From contig CM075997.1 of NCBI GenBank assembly GCA_038087875.1, forward strand, positions 4,714,001-4,778,000: a DNA stretch of 64,000 bases, read 5' to 3'. The notes beneath the pieces were generated by a model. That model saw only the letters and a program-made list of their open reading frames with translations, ran no database searches and was not told where the DNA came from. Origin of the DNA: Malacoraja senta. Lineage: Eukaryota. Numbering within the stretch: the first letter of the stretch is position 1; each line of letters starts with the position of its first letter. Below, piece after piece: positions 36,713 to 48,882 of the stretch. The translations under genes and the position numbers were made by a program.

Positions 36713-39470
36713 CTAGACAACTCTCAGAAACCTCTGAGTGCCTTTCAGAATTAACGGGGCCCTTTCAGAATGGCAGGCAGTGACTAGTGGGGTACCGCAA
36801 GGCTCGGTGCTGGGACCGCAGCTATTTACAATATACATCAATGTTTTGGATGAAGGGATTCAAAGTAACATTAGCAAATTTGCAGATGACACAAAGCTGG
36901 GTGGCAGTGTGAACTGTGAGGAGGATGCTATGAGAATGCAGGGTGACTTGGACAGGTTGGGGGAGTGGGCAGATGCATGGCAGATGAAGTTTAATGCGGA
37001 TAAATGTGAGGTTATCCACTTTGGTCGCAAAAACAGGAAGGCAGATTACTATCTAAATGCCGTCAAGTTGGGAAAAGGGGAAATACAACGGGATCTGGGG
37101 ATCCTTATACATTATGAAAGTAAGCATGCAGGTACAGCAGGCAGTGAAGAAAGCGAATGGCATGTTGACCTTTATAACAAGAGGAATCGAGTATAGGAGG
37201 TCCTTCTGCAGTTGTACAGAGCCCTAGTGAGACCACACATGGAGTATTGTGTGTAGTTTTGGTCCCCTAATTTGAGGAAGGACATTCTTGCTATTGAGGG
37301 AGTGCAGCGTAGGTTTACAAGGTTAATCGGCAAGGTGGGCCTGTCATATGCTGAGAGAATGGAGCGGCTGGGCTTGTACACTCTGGAGTTTAAAAGGATG
37401 AGAGGGCATCTCATTGAAACACATAAGATTGTTAAGGGCTTGGACACACTAGAGGCAGGAAACATGTTCCCGATGTTGGGGGAGTCCAGAACCAGGGGCC
37501 ACAGTTTAAGAATAAGGGGTAAGCCATTTAGAACGGAGACGAGGAAACACTTTTTCTCACAGAGAGTTGTGAGTCTGTGGAATTCTCTGCCTCAGAAGGC
37601 CGTGGAGGCAGGTTTTCTGGATGCTTTCAAGAGAGAGCTAGATAGGGCTCTTAAAGATAGCGGAGTCAGGGGATATGGGGAGAAGGCAGGAACGGGGTAC
37701 TGATTGGGGATGATCAGCCATGATCACATTGAATGGCGGTGCTGGCTCGAAGGTCCGAATGGCCTATTCCTGCACCTATTGTCTATTGTCCTACTTATCC
37801 TTGGACCATGACCCCACAGACGAGCACCAGGCCTTAATCTCAAACACCAGTACTGATTTCATCACTTCCGGCTCTCTGCCCTCTAAAGCCGCCAACCTTA
37901 TCGTTCCCCAGCCCCGCACAGCCCGATTCTATTGTCTCCCCAGAATCCACAAACTGAACTGTCCTGGCTCCCATGGATGTCCAGTCACTCTACACCTCTA
38001 TCCCACACTAGTAAGGTCTTAAAGCCCTCCGTTTCTTCCTCGACCGCAGAACCAGCCAATTTCCGTCTCGTAATACTTTCCTCCGCCTCGCACAGCTGGT
38101 CCTTACCCTCACAACTTCTCCTTTGACTCCTCCCACTTCCTCCAAATCCAAGGCGTAGCTATGGGTATGCGCATGGGCCCCAGCTATCCCTGCCTCTTTG
38201 TAGTGCATGTTGAACAATCCCTGTTCCAGGCGTACACTGGCCCTATCCCCGAAGACTTCCTCCGGTACATCGACGACTGCATCGGTGCTGCCTCCTGCAT
38301 CCATGCAGATCTCAGTGACTTCATCAACTTCACAACTAATTTCCATCCTGCATTCAAATTCACTTGGACCATCTCCGACACCTCCCTACCATTTCTGGAT
38401 CTCACCGTCTCCATCACAGGAGACAGACGATTGACCAACATCTACTGCAAACCTACTGACTCCCATAGCTATCTTCTTCCCACCCTGCTTCCTGTAAAGA
38501 CTCTATCCCCATACTCCCAATTGCATCTGCACCCAGGATGAGGTGTTCCATACTAGATCATCAGGAGATGTCCTCATTCTTTAGGAAACGGGGGTTCCCC
38601 TCTTCCATTATAGATGAGGCTCTCACCAGGGTCTCCTCGATATCCCACAGCTCTGCTCTTGTGCCCCATCCCCCATTCGGAACAAAGACAGAGTTCCCCT
38701 TGTCCTCCCCTTCCACCCCATCAGCTGTCGCATACAGCACATAATCCTCCAACATTTTCGCCACCTCCAACGGGATCCCACTACTGGCCACATCTTCCCA
38801 TCTCCACCCCTTTCGGCTTTCCGCAGAGACCGTTCCCTCCGCAACTCCCTGGTCAACTCGTCCCTTCCCACCCAAACCACCCCCTCCCCAGGTACTTTCC
38901 CCTGCAACCGCAGGAGATGCAACACCTGTCCCTTAACCTCCTCCCTCGACTCCATCCAAGGACCCTGACAGTCTTTCCAGGTGAGGCAGAGGTTCACTTG
39001 CACTTCCTCCAACCTCATCTACTGTAGCCACTGTTCCAGGTATATCGGCATGACCAGCGCAGACTGGGCGATCGTTTCGCTGAAAACCTCCGCTCAGTCT
39101 GCCTAAAGCTACCTGATCTCCCTATTGCTCAACACTATAACTCCCCCTCCCATTCCCACACTAACCTTTCTGTCCTGGGCCTCCTCCACTGTCAGAGTGA
39201 GGCCCAGCTCAAATTGGAGGAACAGCACCTCATATTTCACTTGGGCAGCTTACACCCCAGCGGTATGAACATTGACTTCTCTAACTACAAATAACCCTTT
39301 CTTTCCCTCTCTCTCCATCCCCTCCCCCTTCCCAGTTCTCCCACCAGTCTCACTGTCTCCGACTACATTCTATCTCTGTCCAGCCCACTCCCCTGACTCT
39401 CTGTTTGAAGAAGGGTCTTGACCCGAAACCTCACCCGTTCCTTCTCTCCAGAGATGCTGCCTGCCCTGCT
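36713..39470 (+). mobile_element. Decayed Penelope-like retroelement (RT + Cys linker + GIY-YIG endonuclease + terminal repeat), Neptune-like
   Basis: KGVAMGMRMGPSYPCLFV, FLRYIDD, LPFLDL, CNRRRCNTC, NLIYC..YIG..RLGDRFAE, LEEQHLIF..GMNIDFSN; many frameshifts and stops; interrupted by CR1. Confidence 0.9.
36746..37790 (+). mobile_element. 5'-truncated CR1 LINE with RT core
   Basis: SGVPQGSVLGPQLFTIYIN, KFADDTKL, LVRPHMEYCV*FWSP, 3' UTR and ctattgt tail. Confidence 0.95.
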
Positions 39471-40406
39471 GATAACCCCGGAAAAGGGGCGGGCAGCCGG
39501 CTCAGGCTCTTCCGCCTGGCGCCGTGACTTCAGCCAGTTTATTGTCACGTGTACCGAGGTACGGTGAAAAGCTTTTGTTGCGTGCTAACCAGTCAGCGGA
39601 AAGACAATACATGATTACAATCGAGCTGTCCACAGTGTACAGATACATGATAAGGGTCAAGGCAAAAGTGTTTATGTGTCATAGAGTCGTGGAATCATAC
39701 AGCAGGGAGACAGGCCCTTCGGCCCACACTGACCAACATGCCCCATCTATACTAGCCCCATCTGCCTGAAGTACTGGATCATGGTCTGTGGTTCGTGCAC
39801 CAGAGTAAGAATTCTTAACTGGTTATTGTGGCACAGAAAGGCACCAAAGATGCAAATCACGGAATACCTGATAGAAGCATATCAAATTATGAGAGGCGTA
39901 GATGGGGTAGATTATCTATCTACTGTATCTGAACTCAGTCTAAAGAAGGGTCTCGACCCAAAACGGCACCCATTCCTTCTCTCCAGAGATGCTGCCTGTC
40001 CCACTGAGTTACTCCACCATTTTGTGATCTACTGTGTAAACCAGCATCTGCAGTTCCTTCCTACACAAGGCAATGGAGGCAGGTGCATGGGCCAGGACTT
40101 TCCCATTGTTGAAGCCAGCAATCCTTTAACGTTGATAACACGAATATTGTTCTGGCAACACTCATTCAGATTATCATTCTCCCTCCTTGTTATATGTTGG
40201 CGGTTGCGTGAGTCTTTGGTTTAGTTTAGAGATACTGCGCGGAAACAGGCCCTTCAGCCCACCGAGTCTGTGCCGCACACGGTAACACTACCCTGCACAC
40301 ACTGGGGACAATTAACATTTATACCAAGCCAATTAACTGACAATCCTGCACGTCTTTGGAGTGTGGGAGGAAACAGGAGCTCCCGGAAGAAAACCCACGC
40401 AGGTCC

Positions 40407-40915
40407 CAATAGACAATAGACAATAGACAATAGACAATAGATGCAGGAGTAGGCCATTCGGCCCTTCGAGCCAGCACCGCCATTCAATGTGATCATGGCT
40501 GATCATCCCCAATCAGTACCCCGTTCCTGCCTTCTCCCCATATCCCCTGACTCCGCTATCTTTAAGAGCCCTATCTAGTTCTCTCTTGAAAATATACAGA
40601 GAACCGGCCTCCACCGCCCTCGGAGGCAGAGAATTCCACAGACTCACAACTCTGTGTGAAAAAGTATTTTCTCATCTCTGTTCTAAATGGCTTACCCCTT
40701 ATTCTTAAACTGTGGCCCCTGGTTCTGGACTCCCCCAACATCGGGAACATGTTTCCTGCCTCTAGCGTGTCCAAACCCTTAATAATCTTATATGTTTCAA
40801 AAAGATCTCCTCTCATCCTTCTAAACTCCAGAGTGTACAAGCCCAGCTGCTCCATTCTCTCAGCATATGACAGTCCCGCCATCCCGGGAATTAACCTGGT
40901 GAACCTAAGCTGCAC
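40407..40915 (-). mobile_element. CR1 LINE 3' end nested in a V-SINE (40215-41020)
   Basis: ORF 40571..40915 RFTRLIPGMAGLSYAERMEQLGLYTLEFRR; (caataga)n tail on the + strand. Confidence 0.9.
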
Positions 40916-41397
40916 TCACAGAGGGAATGTGCAAACTCCACACGGACAGCACTCGTAGTCAGGATGGAACCCGTGTCTCTGGCGCTGTGAGGTAGCAACT
41001 CTACCGCTGTGCCACCCATCTTAATAAATGGAACGTAAACTGCGTGTTGTGTTGTGGTTGACGTTTAATGGCTTCTGGTCTGCTCGCACAATATTCAACG
41101 ATTCAATGATTCGATGATCTGCTGCCATGTGTAGCCAGGTCGAGTGGAATGTTTTGTTATGCAGACAACCCCGTGAATACGTACAGTGGACCTCACAGGT
41201 ACAGATACGCTTTTGTTGCGTGCTAACCAGCCAGCGGAAAGACAGACGGTGATTACAATCGAGCCGTTCACAGTGTACAGATACACGGTCCGGCTCACAA
41301 GTGTGTACTAGAGTTGCCACACTTTGACACCGACAAAGTTATAAAAGTTCACCGAACAGTCCTGTCCACAGCTTGCTGTCGCACATTTGTGGCAGTG

Positions 41398-41680
41398 GCC
41401 CCCCCTCTGGGATCCCCTTCATTCTGGGACCCCCCCTCACGCCGGGTCCCCCCTTTATTCTGGGGCCCCCCCCTCACGCCGGGTCCCCCCCCTCCCTCAC
41501 GCCGGGTCCCCCCCTTTATTCTTGGCCCCCCCTCACGCCAGGTCCCCCTTCGTTCTTGCCCCCCCCCACCACTCACGCTTGTCCCCCCCCTCATTCTTGC
41601 CCCCCCCCTCACTCTGGGTCCCCACTTCGTTCTTGGCCCCTCCCCGCACGCCGGGACCCCCCTTCATTCTCGGCCCCTTC
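41398..41680. repeat. C-rich ~35-bp minisatellite
   Basis: About 8 degenerate units of ccccccctcacgccgggtccccccttcattcttgg. Confidence 0.85.
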
Positions 41681-41919
41681 CTCGTTGCGTCCATACAGAG
41701 TGTCGAGGACGTAACACTTAACCGGCACGTTATGACCACATAGTTTCAGACAATGGGCACACAACAGTCCTGCACTCAGGCTCATCATTGTTCCATTGGT
41801 TCACCCAACAGCGGTGGGATTGTTGGCCAACATAGCGATGGCATTGCCACTGTGTCTGCACGCACGATGGTGGGCACAGAGAGAGAGGGGATCAATCAAC
41901 ACGGGCGTGCTCCCATCCA

Positions 41920-42082
41920 CTGCAGATGTTCATCTGACAGATGTGGCCAGGTGTTCATTGACTGTCCTGCCAGATGTGAGCAGGTGTTCATCTGCAGTCC
42001 TGCCAGATGTTCATTGACCGTCCTGACAGATATGGCCAGATGTTCACCAATTGTCCTGCCAGATGTGGCCAGATGTTCTTCC
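41920..42082. repeat. ~33-bp minisatellite
   Basis: About 5 units of cagatgtggccaggtgttcattgactgtcctgc. Confidence 0.8.
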
Positions 42083-42473
42083 ACATTCATTGCCACCGAC
42101 GGCTGTGGAAGCCAAGTCAATGGATATTTTTAAGGCCGAGATTGACTGATTCTCGATTAGTTCGGGTGTCAGGGGTTAACTGGAGAAGGCCGGAGAATGG
42201 GGTAAAGAGGGAGAGATAGATCAGCCATGATTAATGGTGAAGTAGACTTGATTGGCCGTATGGCCTAATTCTGCTCCTATCACTTATGTTCAAAAGTTCC
42301 TAAGTTCTAGGAGCAGAATTAGGCAATTCGGCCCATCAAGTCTACTCGGCCATTCAATCATGGCTGATCTATCTTTCCCTCTCAACCCCAGTCTCCTGCC
42401 TTCACCCCATAACCTGACACCCGAACTAATCAAGAATCTAGCAAGCTCTGCTTTAAGAATATCCATTGGCGGC

Positions 42474-42772
42474 GTGGTGGCGCAGTGGTAGAGTCAATGC
42501 CTTACAGCGCTCGCAGTGCCCGACACCCGGGTTCGATCCTGATTACGGGTGCTGTCTGTACGGAGTTTGTACGTTCTCCCTGTGGGTTGGGTTTTCTCTG
42601 AGATCTTCGGTTTCCTCTTGCACTCCAAAGACGTACAGGTTTGTAGGTTAATTGGCTTGGTGTATGTGTAAATTGTCCCTAGTGTGTGTAGGGTAGTGAT
42701 AGTGTGCGGGGATCGCTGGGTCGGTGCGGACTCGGTGGGCCGAAGGGCCTGTTTCTGCGCTGTAACGCTAAA
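42474..42772 (+). mobile_element. V-SINE nested in a CR1 3' fragment
   Basis: A/B boxes, V-domain, 3' hairpin. Confidence 0.85.
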
Positions 42773-42923
42773 CATTGAATTGGCCTCCACAGACTTCTGT
42801 GGTATGAATTCCACAGATTCACCACCCTCTGACTAAATAAATTTCAGAGTATGACACCGAGTCTGAAGGAGGATCTTGACCTGAAATGTCACCTCCAGAG
42901 ATGCTACCTGACCCTCTGAGTAA

Positions 42924-43239
42924 AGGGCCTGTCCCACTGTACGAGCTAATTCAAGAGCTCTCCCGAGTTTTAAAAAAATCAAACTCATGGTAAGCAAGTA
43001 GAATGTACGTAGCGGGTATGTCGGAGCTCGGGGACGTCTCTTAGCGGCTCGTAACGCTAACGGCAGGTACTCGGGAAACGCAGTAAGCTCGTGAAGACTC
43101 GTGAAGATTTTTCAACATGTTGCAAAATGTCCACGAGAGCCCCGAGTACCTACGAGCGGCCTTTACCGTAATTCTCCGAGTTGAATCAGGGGACACTCGG
43201 GAGAACTCTTGAATTAGCTCCTACAGTGGGACAGCCCCT
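42924..43239. mobile_element. PIF/Harbinger-type MITE (family 2)
   Basis: Long TIRs agggcctgtcccactgtacgagctaattcaagag..; TAA TSD. Confidence 0.9.
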
Positions 43240-43492
43240 TAACTCCAACACTTTGTGTGCATCCTATGTTCTATATTGAACCGGAGTTTTTTTACCTCTC
43301 ATTAGTTGTCAGTCACAGACCGTTTGCCCAACTCCATAACAATTTTCCACATAAATATCAACTGCTCAGATCAGCATCAGATGTCCGTATATACGCATAC
43401 AGGACAAGGTCAAATCAATTATTCAAACACACATTACCCGAGCAAACATACGTCAATTCTCCAGACAAACCAATTGCTGAACCTCACATCAG

Positions 43493-43785
43493 ATGGCACA
43501 GAGTTGCTGCCTCACAGCGCCAGAGACCCGGGTTCGATCCTGACTACGGGTGCTGTCTGAACAGAGTTTGCACGTTCTCCCCGCGATCTGCGTGGGTTTT
43601 CTCCAAGATTTTCGGTTTCCTCCCACACTCCAAAGACGTACAGGTTTGTAAGTTAATTGGCTTGGTGTAAATGTAAATTGTCCCCAGTGTGGGCAGGGTA
43701 GTGTCAGTGTGCGGGGATCGCTGGTCGGCGCGGACTCGGTGGGCCGAAGGGCCTGTTTCTGCGCTGTATCTCTAAAGTAAATTCT
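43493..43785 (+). mobile_element. V-SINE
   Basis: B box, V-domain, 3' hairpin. Confidence 0.85.
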
Positions 43786-44531
43786 AAATCACTTGTGCGG
43801 CCACAGAAACGGAACAAACGCTCAACAATTGTGCAAACGCCCATCAAATGTTCAAAATCCCATCAATTATCCAAAGACACACAATTCTTACCTCACAATT
43901 CTCTGCTCACATCAAGTGTGCAAACTCACAACCATTGTGCAAACAGGCAACGGAGGTTGAAAGTCACATCAATTGATCAATGCACTTGAATTTTCCAAAC
44001 ATACAAACAATTGTCTGAGGAAGGGTTTCGGCCCGAAACGTTGCCTATTCCTTCGCTCCATAGATGCTGCCGCACCCGCTGAGTTTCTCCAGCACTTTTG
44101 TCTACCTTCGATTTTCCAGCATCTGCAGTTCTTTCTTAAACATTGCTCATACTCTCGTTAATTGTTCGAATGCTCATAAATACTCCAAAGCCCTTCGATA
44201 GTACAAACCCAGAACACAGAACATACTCCAGAACAGTACAGCACAGTGTCAGGCCCTTCGGCCCACAATGTCCGTGTCGAACATGGTGACATAATAAAAT
44301 AATCTCATCTGCCTGCACGTGATCCGTATCCCTCCATTCCCTCCATATCCATGAGCCTACCTAAAAGCCTCTTAAACACCACTATCGTATCTACCTCCAC
44401 TACCACCCCTGGCAGCGAGTTCCAGGCACCCACCACCCTCTGTGTAAAAAAACCTGCCCCGCACATCTCCTTTAAATTACCCCTTCTCACCTTTAGGCTA
44501 TGCCCTCTCGTCATAGTTTCATTGAAAGTTA

Positions 44532-45140
44532 TGCTCCTGTCCCACATTGGCGATTCTTTAGGCGACTACAGGCGACTAGGCCACATGGTCGCCAGGGTGT
44601 ACCCTGTATGGTCGTGAGTCGTCTCCTCAGTCGCCCAAAGAGTCGTAGCGTCTTTCTGGTCACCGCTGGATTTTGAAATGTTCAAAAATTTTCGCCGATA
44701 GTTAACTCCAGTTGGTTTGACGCCAATGAGCGTAGCTTGACTTCTCCTGACGTAGGTGCTGTTGTAGGTTGTCGCCGGTGCAGACTTCGGTGGATTTCAT
44801 TGGCGACCTACCACCTAGTCGACGTCAAGCTACGGCAAGCTACCGACAACCGCAACCCATTAGGACGTCCACCTACGACCACGCCTACGATAACCTACGT
44901 CAACCGGCGACAGGTACCGGCGACTGAGTTGTCTTCAGTTGTCGCCGACAGGGTCGTACCTTGTCGTAGCTTGTCGCGGGTGGACGTAGGTTGTCGTAGG
45001 TGTGGTCGTAGGTGGAGGTCCTAATGGGTCGCTGGTTGTCGGTAGCTTGATGTCGACTAGGTGGTAGGTTGTTGTAGCTTGCTACGACTATGAGAGTCGC
45101 CGGCAGTCGCCGAAAAAATCGCCTAAGTGGGACAGGCCCA
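44532..45140. mobile_element. PIF/Harbinger-type MITE (family 4)
   Basis: tgctcctgtcccac / gtgggacaggccca ends; TTA TSD; internal gtcgtagg/cgac repeats. Confidence 0.82.
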
Positions 45141-45420
45141 TTACAGAATAATGAAAAGCATCAATAGAGTGGATGTGGAGAGGATGTTTCCACTGGTGGG
45201 AGAGTCTCAGACCAGAGGTGATAGCCTCAAAATTAAAGGGTGCCCTTTTACAAAGGTGAGGAGGAACTTCTTTAGTCAGAGGGTAGTGAATCTGTGGAAC
45301 TCATTGCCACAGACGGCTGTGGAGGCCAAGTCAGTGGATATTTTTAAGGCAGAGATAGACAAGTTCTGGATTCGAACGGGTGTCAAGGGTTATGGGGAGA
45401 AGGCAGGGAATTGGGATTAG

Positions 45421-45883
45421 GAGTTTGGTGGTCTTGCACACTGCTTGAAGTGGTATAAAACTGCACTTGAGTTTGGTGGCCTTGCACCATGTTTGAAGTA
45501 GTATGAAACTACACTTAAGTTTGGTGGCCTTGCACCCTGCTTGGTGGTATGAAATTCACTTGAGTTTGGTGGCCTTGCACCCTGCTTGAAGTGGCAGGAA
45601 ACTGCACTTGAATTTGGTGGCCTTGCACCCTGCTTGAAATGGTACGAAACTGCACTTCAATTTGGTGGCCTTGCACCCTGCTTGAAATCGTATGAAACTG
45701 CACTTGAATTTGGTGGCCTTGCACCCTACTTGAAATGGTATGAAACTGCACTTGAGTTTGCTGGCCTTGCACCCTGCTTGAAGTGGTATGAAACTGCACT
45801 TGAGTTTGCTGGCCTTACACCCTGCTTGAATTGGTAGGAAACTGAACTTGAATTTGGTGGCCTTGCACCCTGCTTGAAATGGA
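45421..45883. repeat. 48-bp tandem array (~10 copies)
   Basis: Unit gagtttggtggccttgcaccctgcttgaaatggtatgaaactgcactt. Confidence 0.95.
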
Positions 45884-48194
45884 ATTTCAAGGAATAGCTG
45901 TGAGTCAACTGCCAGCCCACCAGCCGTGAGTGAGTGAGCTGCCAGCACACCAGGCTTGAGTGACTGTGCCGCCAGCCCAACAATCCATTCGGCCCACAAT
46001 GTCCATACTAGCCCTCTGGAAACCAGTCCCTTCAGCCCATAACACCCATACTAGCGCTCCAGAAAGCCGCCGCCCTCCCCCACCCCCACCAGAATTGGTG
46101 GAGAGGTGGAATATTGCGTTGGGGGACCAGCAGAATACAGCCATTCAGCCCATCAAGTCTAATCCGCCATTCTATCTTTCCCTCTCAACCCCATTCTCCT
46201 GCCTTCTCCCGTACTAATCAAGAACACCCTTGACACCCGTACTAATCAAGAACCTATCAATCTCCACCTGAAAAATATCCATTGACTTGGCCTCCACTGC
46301 CTTCTGTGGCAATGAATTCCACAGATTCACCACCCTCTGACTGAAGTTTAGTTTAGTTTAGTGATACAGCATGGAAACACGCACCAGCCCACTGATTCCA
46401 CACCAACCGTCGATCACCCATTCACACTAGCTCTCTGCTCTCTGCTACCTCACTTTTGTATCAACCTCTGACACACGAGAAGCAATTCACCTACTAATTT
46501 AACTAGAGGCCAATTAACCTACAAAACCAGCACATCTTTGGAATGTTGGAGGAAACCAGAGCGCCTGGAGGAAACCCACACCATCACAAGGAGAACGTGC
46601 AAACTCCACACAGACAGCACCCGAGGTGTGGATCGAACCGGGGTCTCTGGCGCTGTGAGGCATCGGAATACCCGGAGCAAACCCACATGGGGTCACGGGG
46701 AGAATTGTAATCATGTGTTGTCTTTCCGCTGACTGGATAGCAGGCAACAAAAGCTTTTCATTGTAACTCAGGTGTCAGTGTTTACGGGAAGAAGGGTTTC
46801 AGGAGGGAGAGATGGATCAGCCATGATTGAATGGCGGAGTAGACTTGATGGGCCGAATGGCCTAATTCTGCTCCTATCGATATGATACGATACGATAGAA
46901 CTTTATTGGAAAGGATTGGGAATGTGCAAAGATTGGGGAGGGGGGGGAGGGGAGTCAGTCTCAGTCTACCCCACGACAGAAGGGAGAGGAGTTGTACAGT
47001 TTGATAGCCACAGGGAAGGAGGATCTCCTGTGGTGTTGTGTGCTGCATCTTGGTGGAACTACTGACCAAAGGGTGGCACAGCGGTAGAGTTGCTGCCTTA
47101 CAGCGCTTACAGCACCAGAGACCCAGGTTCGATCCCGACTACGGGTGCTGTCTGTATGGAGTTTGTACGTTCTCCCCGTGACCCGCGTAGGTTTTCTCTG
47201 AGATCTTCGGTTTCCCCCCACACTCCAAACATTTGTAGATTAATTAGCTTGGTGTAAATGTCTGAAGAGAGGTCTCGACCCGAAACGTCACCCATTCCTT
47301 CTCTCCAGAGATGCTGCCTGTCCCGTTGACTTACTCCAGCTTTCTGTGTCTATCTTTGGTATAAATGTAAATTGTCCCTGGTGGGTGTAGGATAGTGTTA
47401 ATGTGCTGGTCGGCATGGACTCTGTGGGCCGAAGGGCCTGTTTCCGTGCTGTATCTCTAAACCAAACTTATGATCGTCGTACGAACTTCAGCCGTTCCAC
47501 ATGGAGAGCGAGTCGGGGGCTCGGATGTGGGCGGCTTCTGGGCGCCCCCGCGGGGTCACTGGAGGGTCTGGCTGTCCTGCGGATGACATCAGGCCTGTAG
47601 CCCCCTCATGAAAGGGCCCTTCTCCCGACGACCGCACGGTAACTGGAGCACATCAACACCGCCAGGCCTCCACTCCTTTCATCCTGACAGCTCCCTTGTT
47701 TTTCCACTCGGGCCACTGACTGGAGAGGGTTTAAATGGCAGCCCAGCATATTTATGTTTTGCCGCAGAGTTCTTTAATTAATGAGTTTGGGAGCGTTGTG
47801 ACCCAACATCCAGGCGCTCATGACAAATAAATCTCCCCATCTGACAGACCAGACATTCCTGAGCCGCTGTTCTTTATCGTGCATGGGCTAATTGCAATTC
47901 ATCACAACACACAATGCAGTTCGTATTACTGACACAGAAACAAATCTCCGAACTCCACGTCCTCCCCATGTGTAAAGGGCCGTGAATCATCCCCGTGCTT
48001 AAATAACAAGGAACCCTTCCCTTCCCCACTCACCGATGTAGGAGAGGGTTGGGCTGGAGTTCGGTTCACTCACTTTAGTTTACCTTAGTTCAGAGATACA
48101 GCGCGGAAACAGGCCCTTCGGCCCACCGAGTCCGTGCTGACCGGCGATCGCCGCACGCTAGCACCATCCCACACACACTAGGGACAATTTACAC

Positions 48195-48714
48195 CATTCT
48201 TGCCATAGAGGGAGTACAGAGAAGGTTCACCAGACGGATTCCTGGGATGGCAGGACTTTCATATGAAGAAAGACTGGATAGACTCGGCTTGTACTCGCTA
48301 GAATTAAGAAGATTGAGAGGGGATCTTATAGAAACGTACAACATTCTTAAGTGGTTGGACAGGCTAGATGCAGGAAGATTGTTCCCGATGTTGGGGAAGT
48401 CCAGGACAAGGGGTCACAGTTTAAGGATAAAGGGGAAATCTTTTAGGACCGAGATGAGAAAAACATTTTTCACACAGAGTGGTGAATCTCTGGAACTCTC
48501 TGCCACAGAGGGTAGTTGAGGCCAGTTCATTGGCTATATTTAAGAGGGAGTTAGATGTGGCCCTTGTGGCTAAAGGGATCAGGTGGTATGGAGAGAAGGC
48601 AGGTACAGGATACTGAGTTGGACGATCAGCCATGATCATATTGAATGGTGGTGCAGGCTCGAAGGGCCGAATGGGCTACTCCTGCACCTATGTTTCTATG
48701 TTTCTATGTTTCTA
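48195..48714 (+). mobile_element. CR1 LINE 3' end ((tgtttcta)n tail) nested in a V-SINE
   Basis: ORF 48247..48519 GLSYEERLDRLGLYSLELRRLRGDLIETY. Confidence 0.9.
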
Positions 48715-48882
48715 TACATACACCAAGCCAATTAACCTACAAACCTGTATGTCTTTCGTGTGTGGGAGGAAACCGGAGAACCCGGAGAAAACCCACGCAA
48801 CTCTACCATTGTACTGCCCTACACTGTAGGGATTGGCACTGCTTTCAGATGACAACGAGTTGCTCTAATGCCACTGTTAATA

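Noticed and set aside
36457..36720. GC-rich possible exon (GSGPLALQQPGARLDRAP...)
   Set aside because: Weak splice signals, and part of it matches the dispersed repeat at 31741.
41314..41743. Pro/Gly-rich ORFs
   Set aside because: Products of the C-rich minisatellite.
43250..44225. caaac/tgtgcaaac-rich segments between insertions
   Set aside because: Looks like a decayed repeat; no period, termini or coding signal could be established.
45421..45883. CRISPR array or repeat protein
   Set aside because: Contiguous units without unique spacers, no cas genes, eukaryotic context; open frames follow from the 48-bp period.
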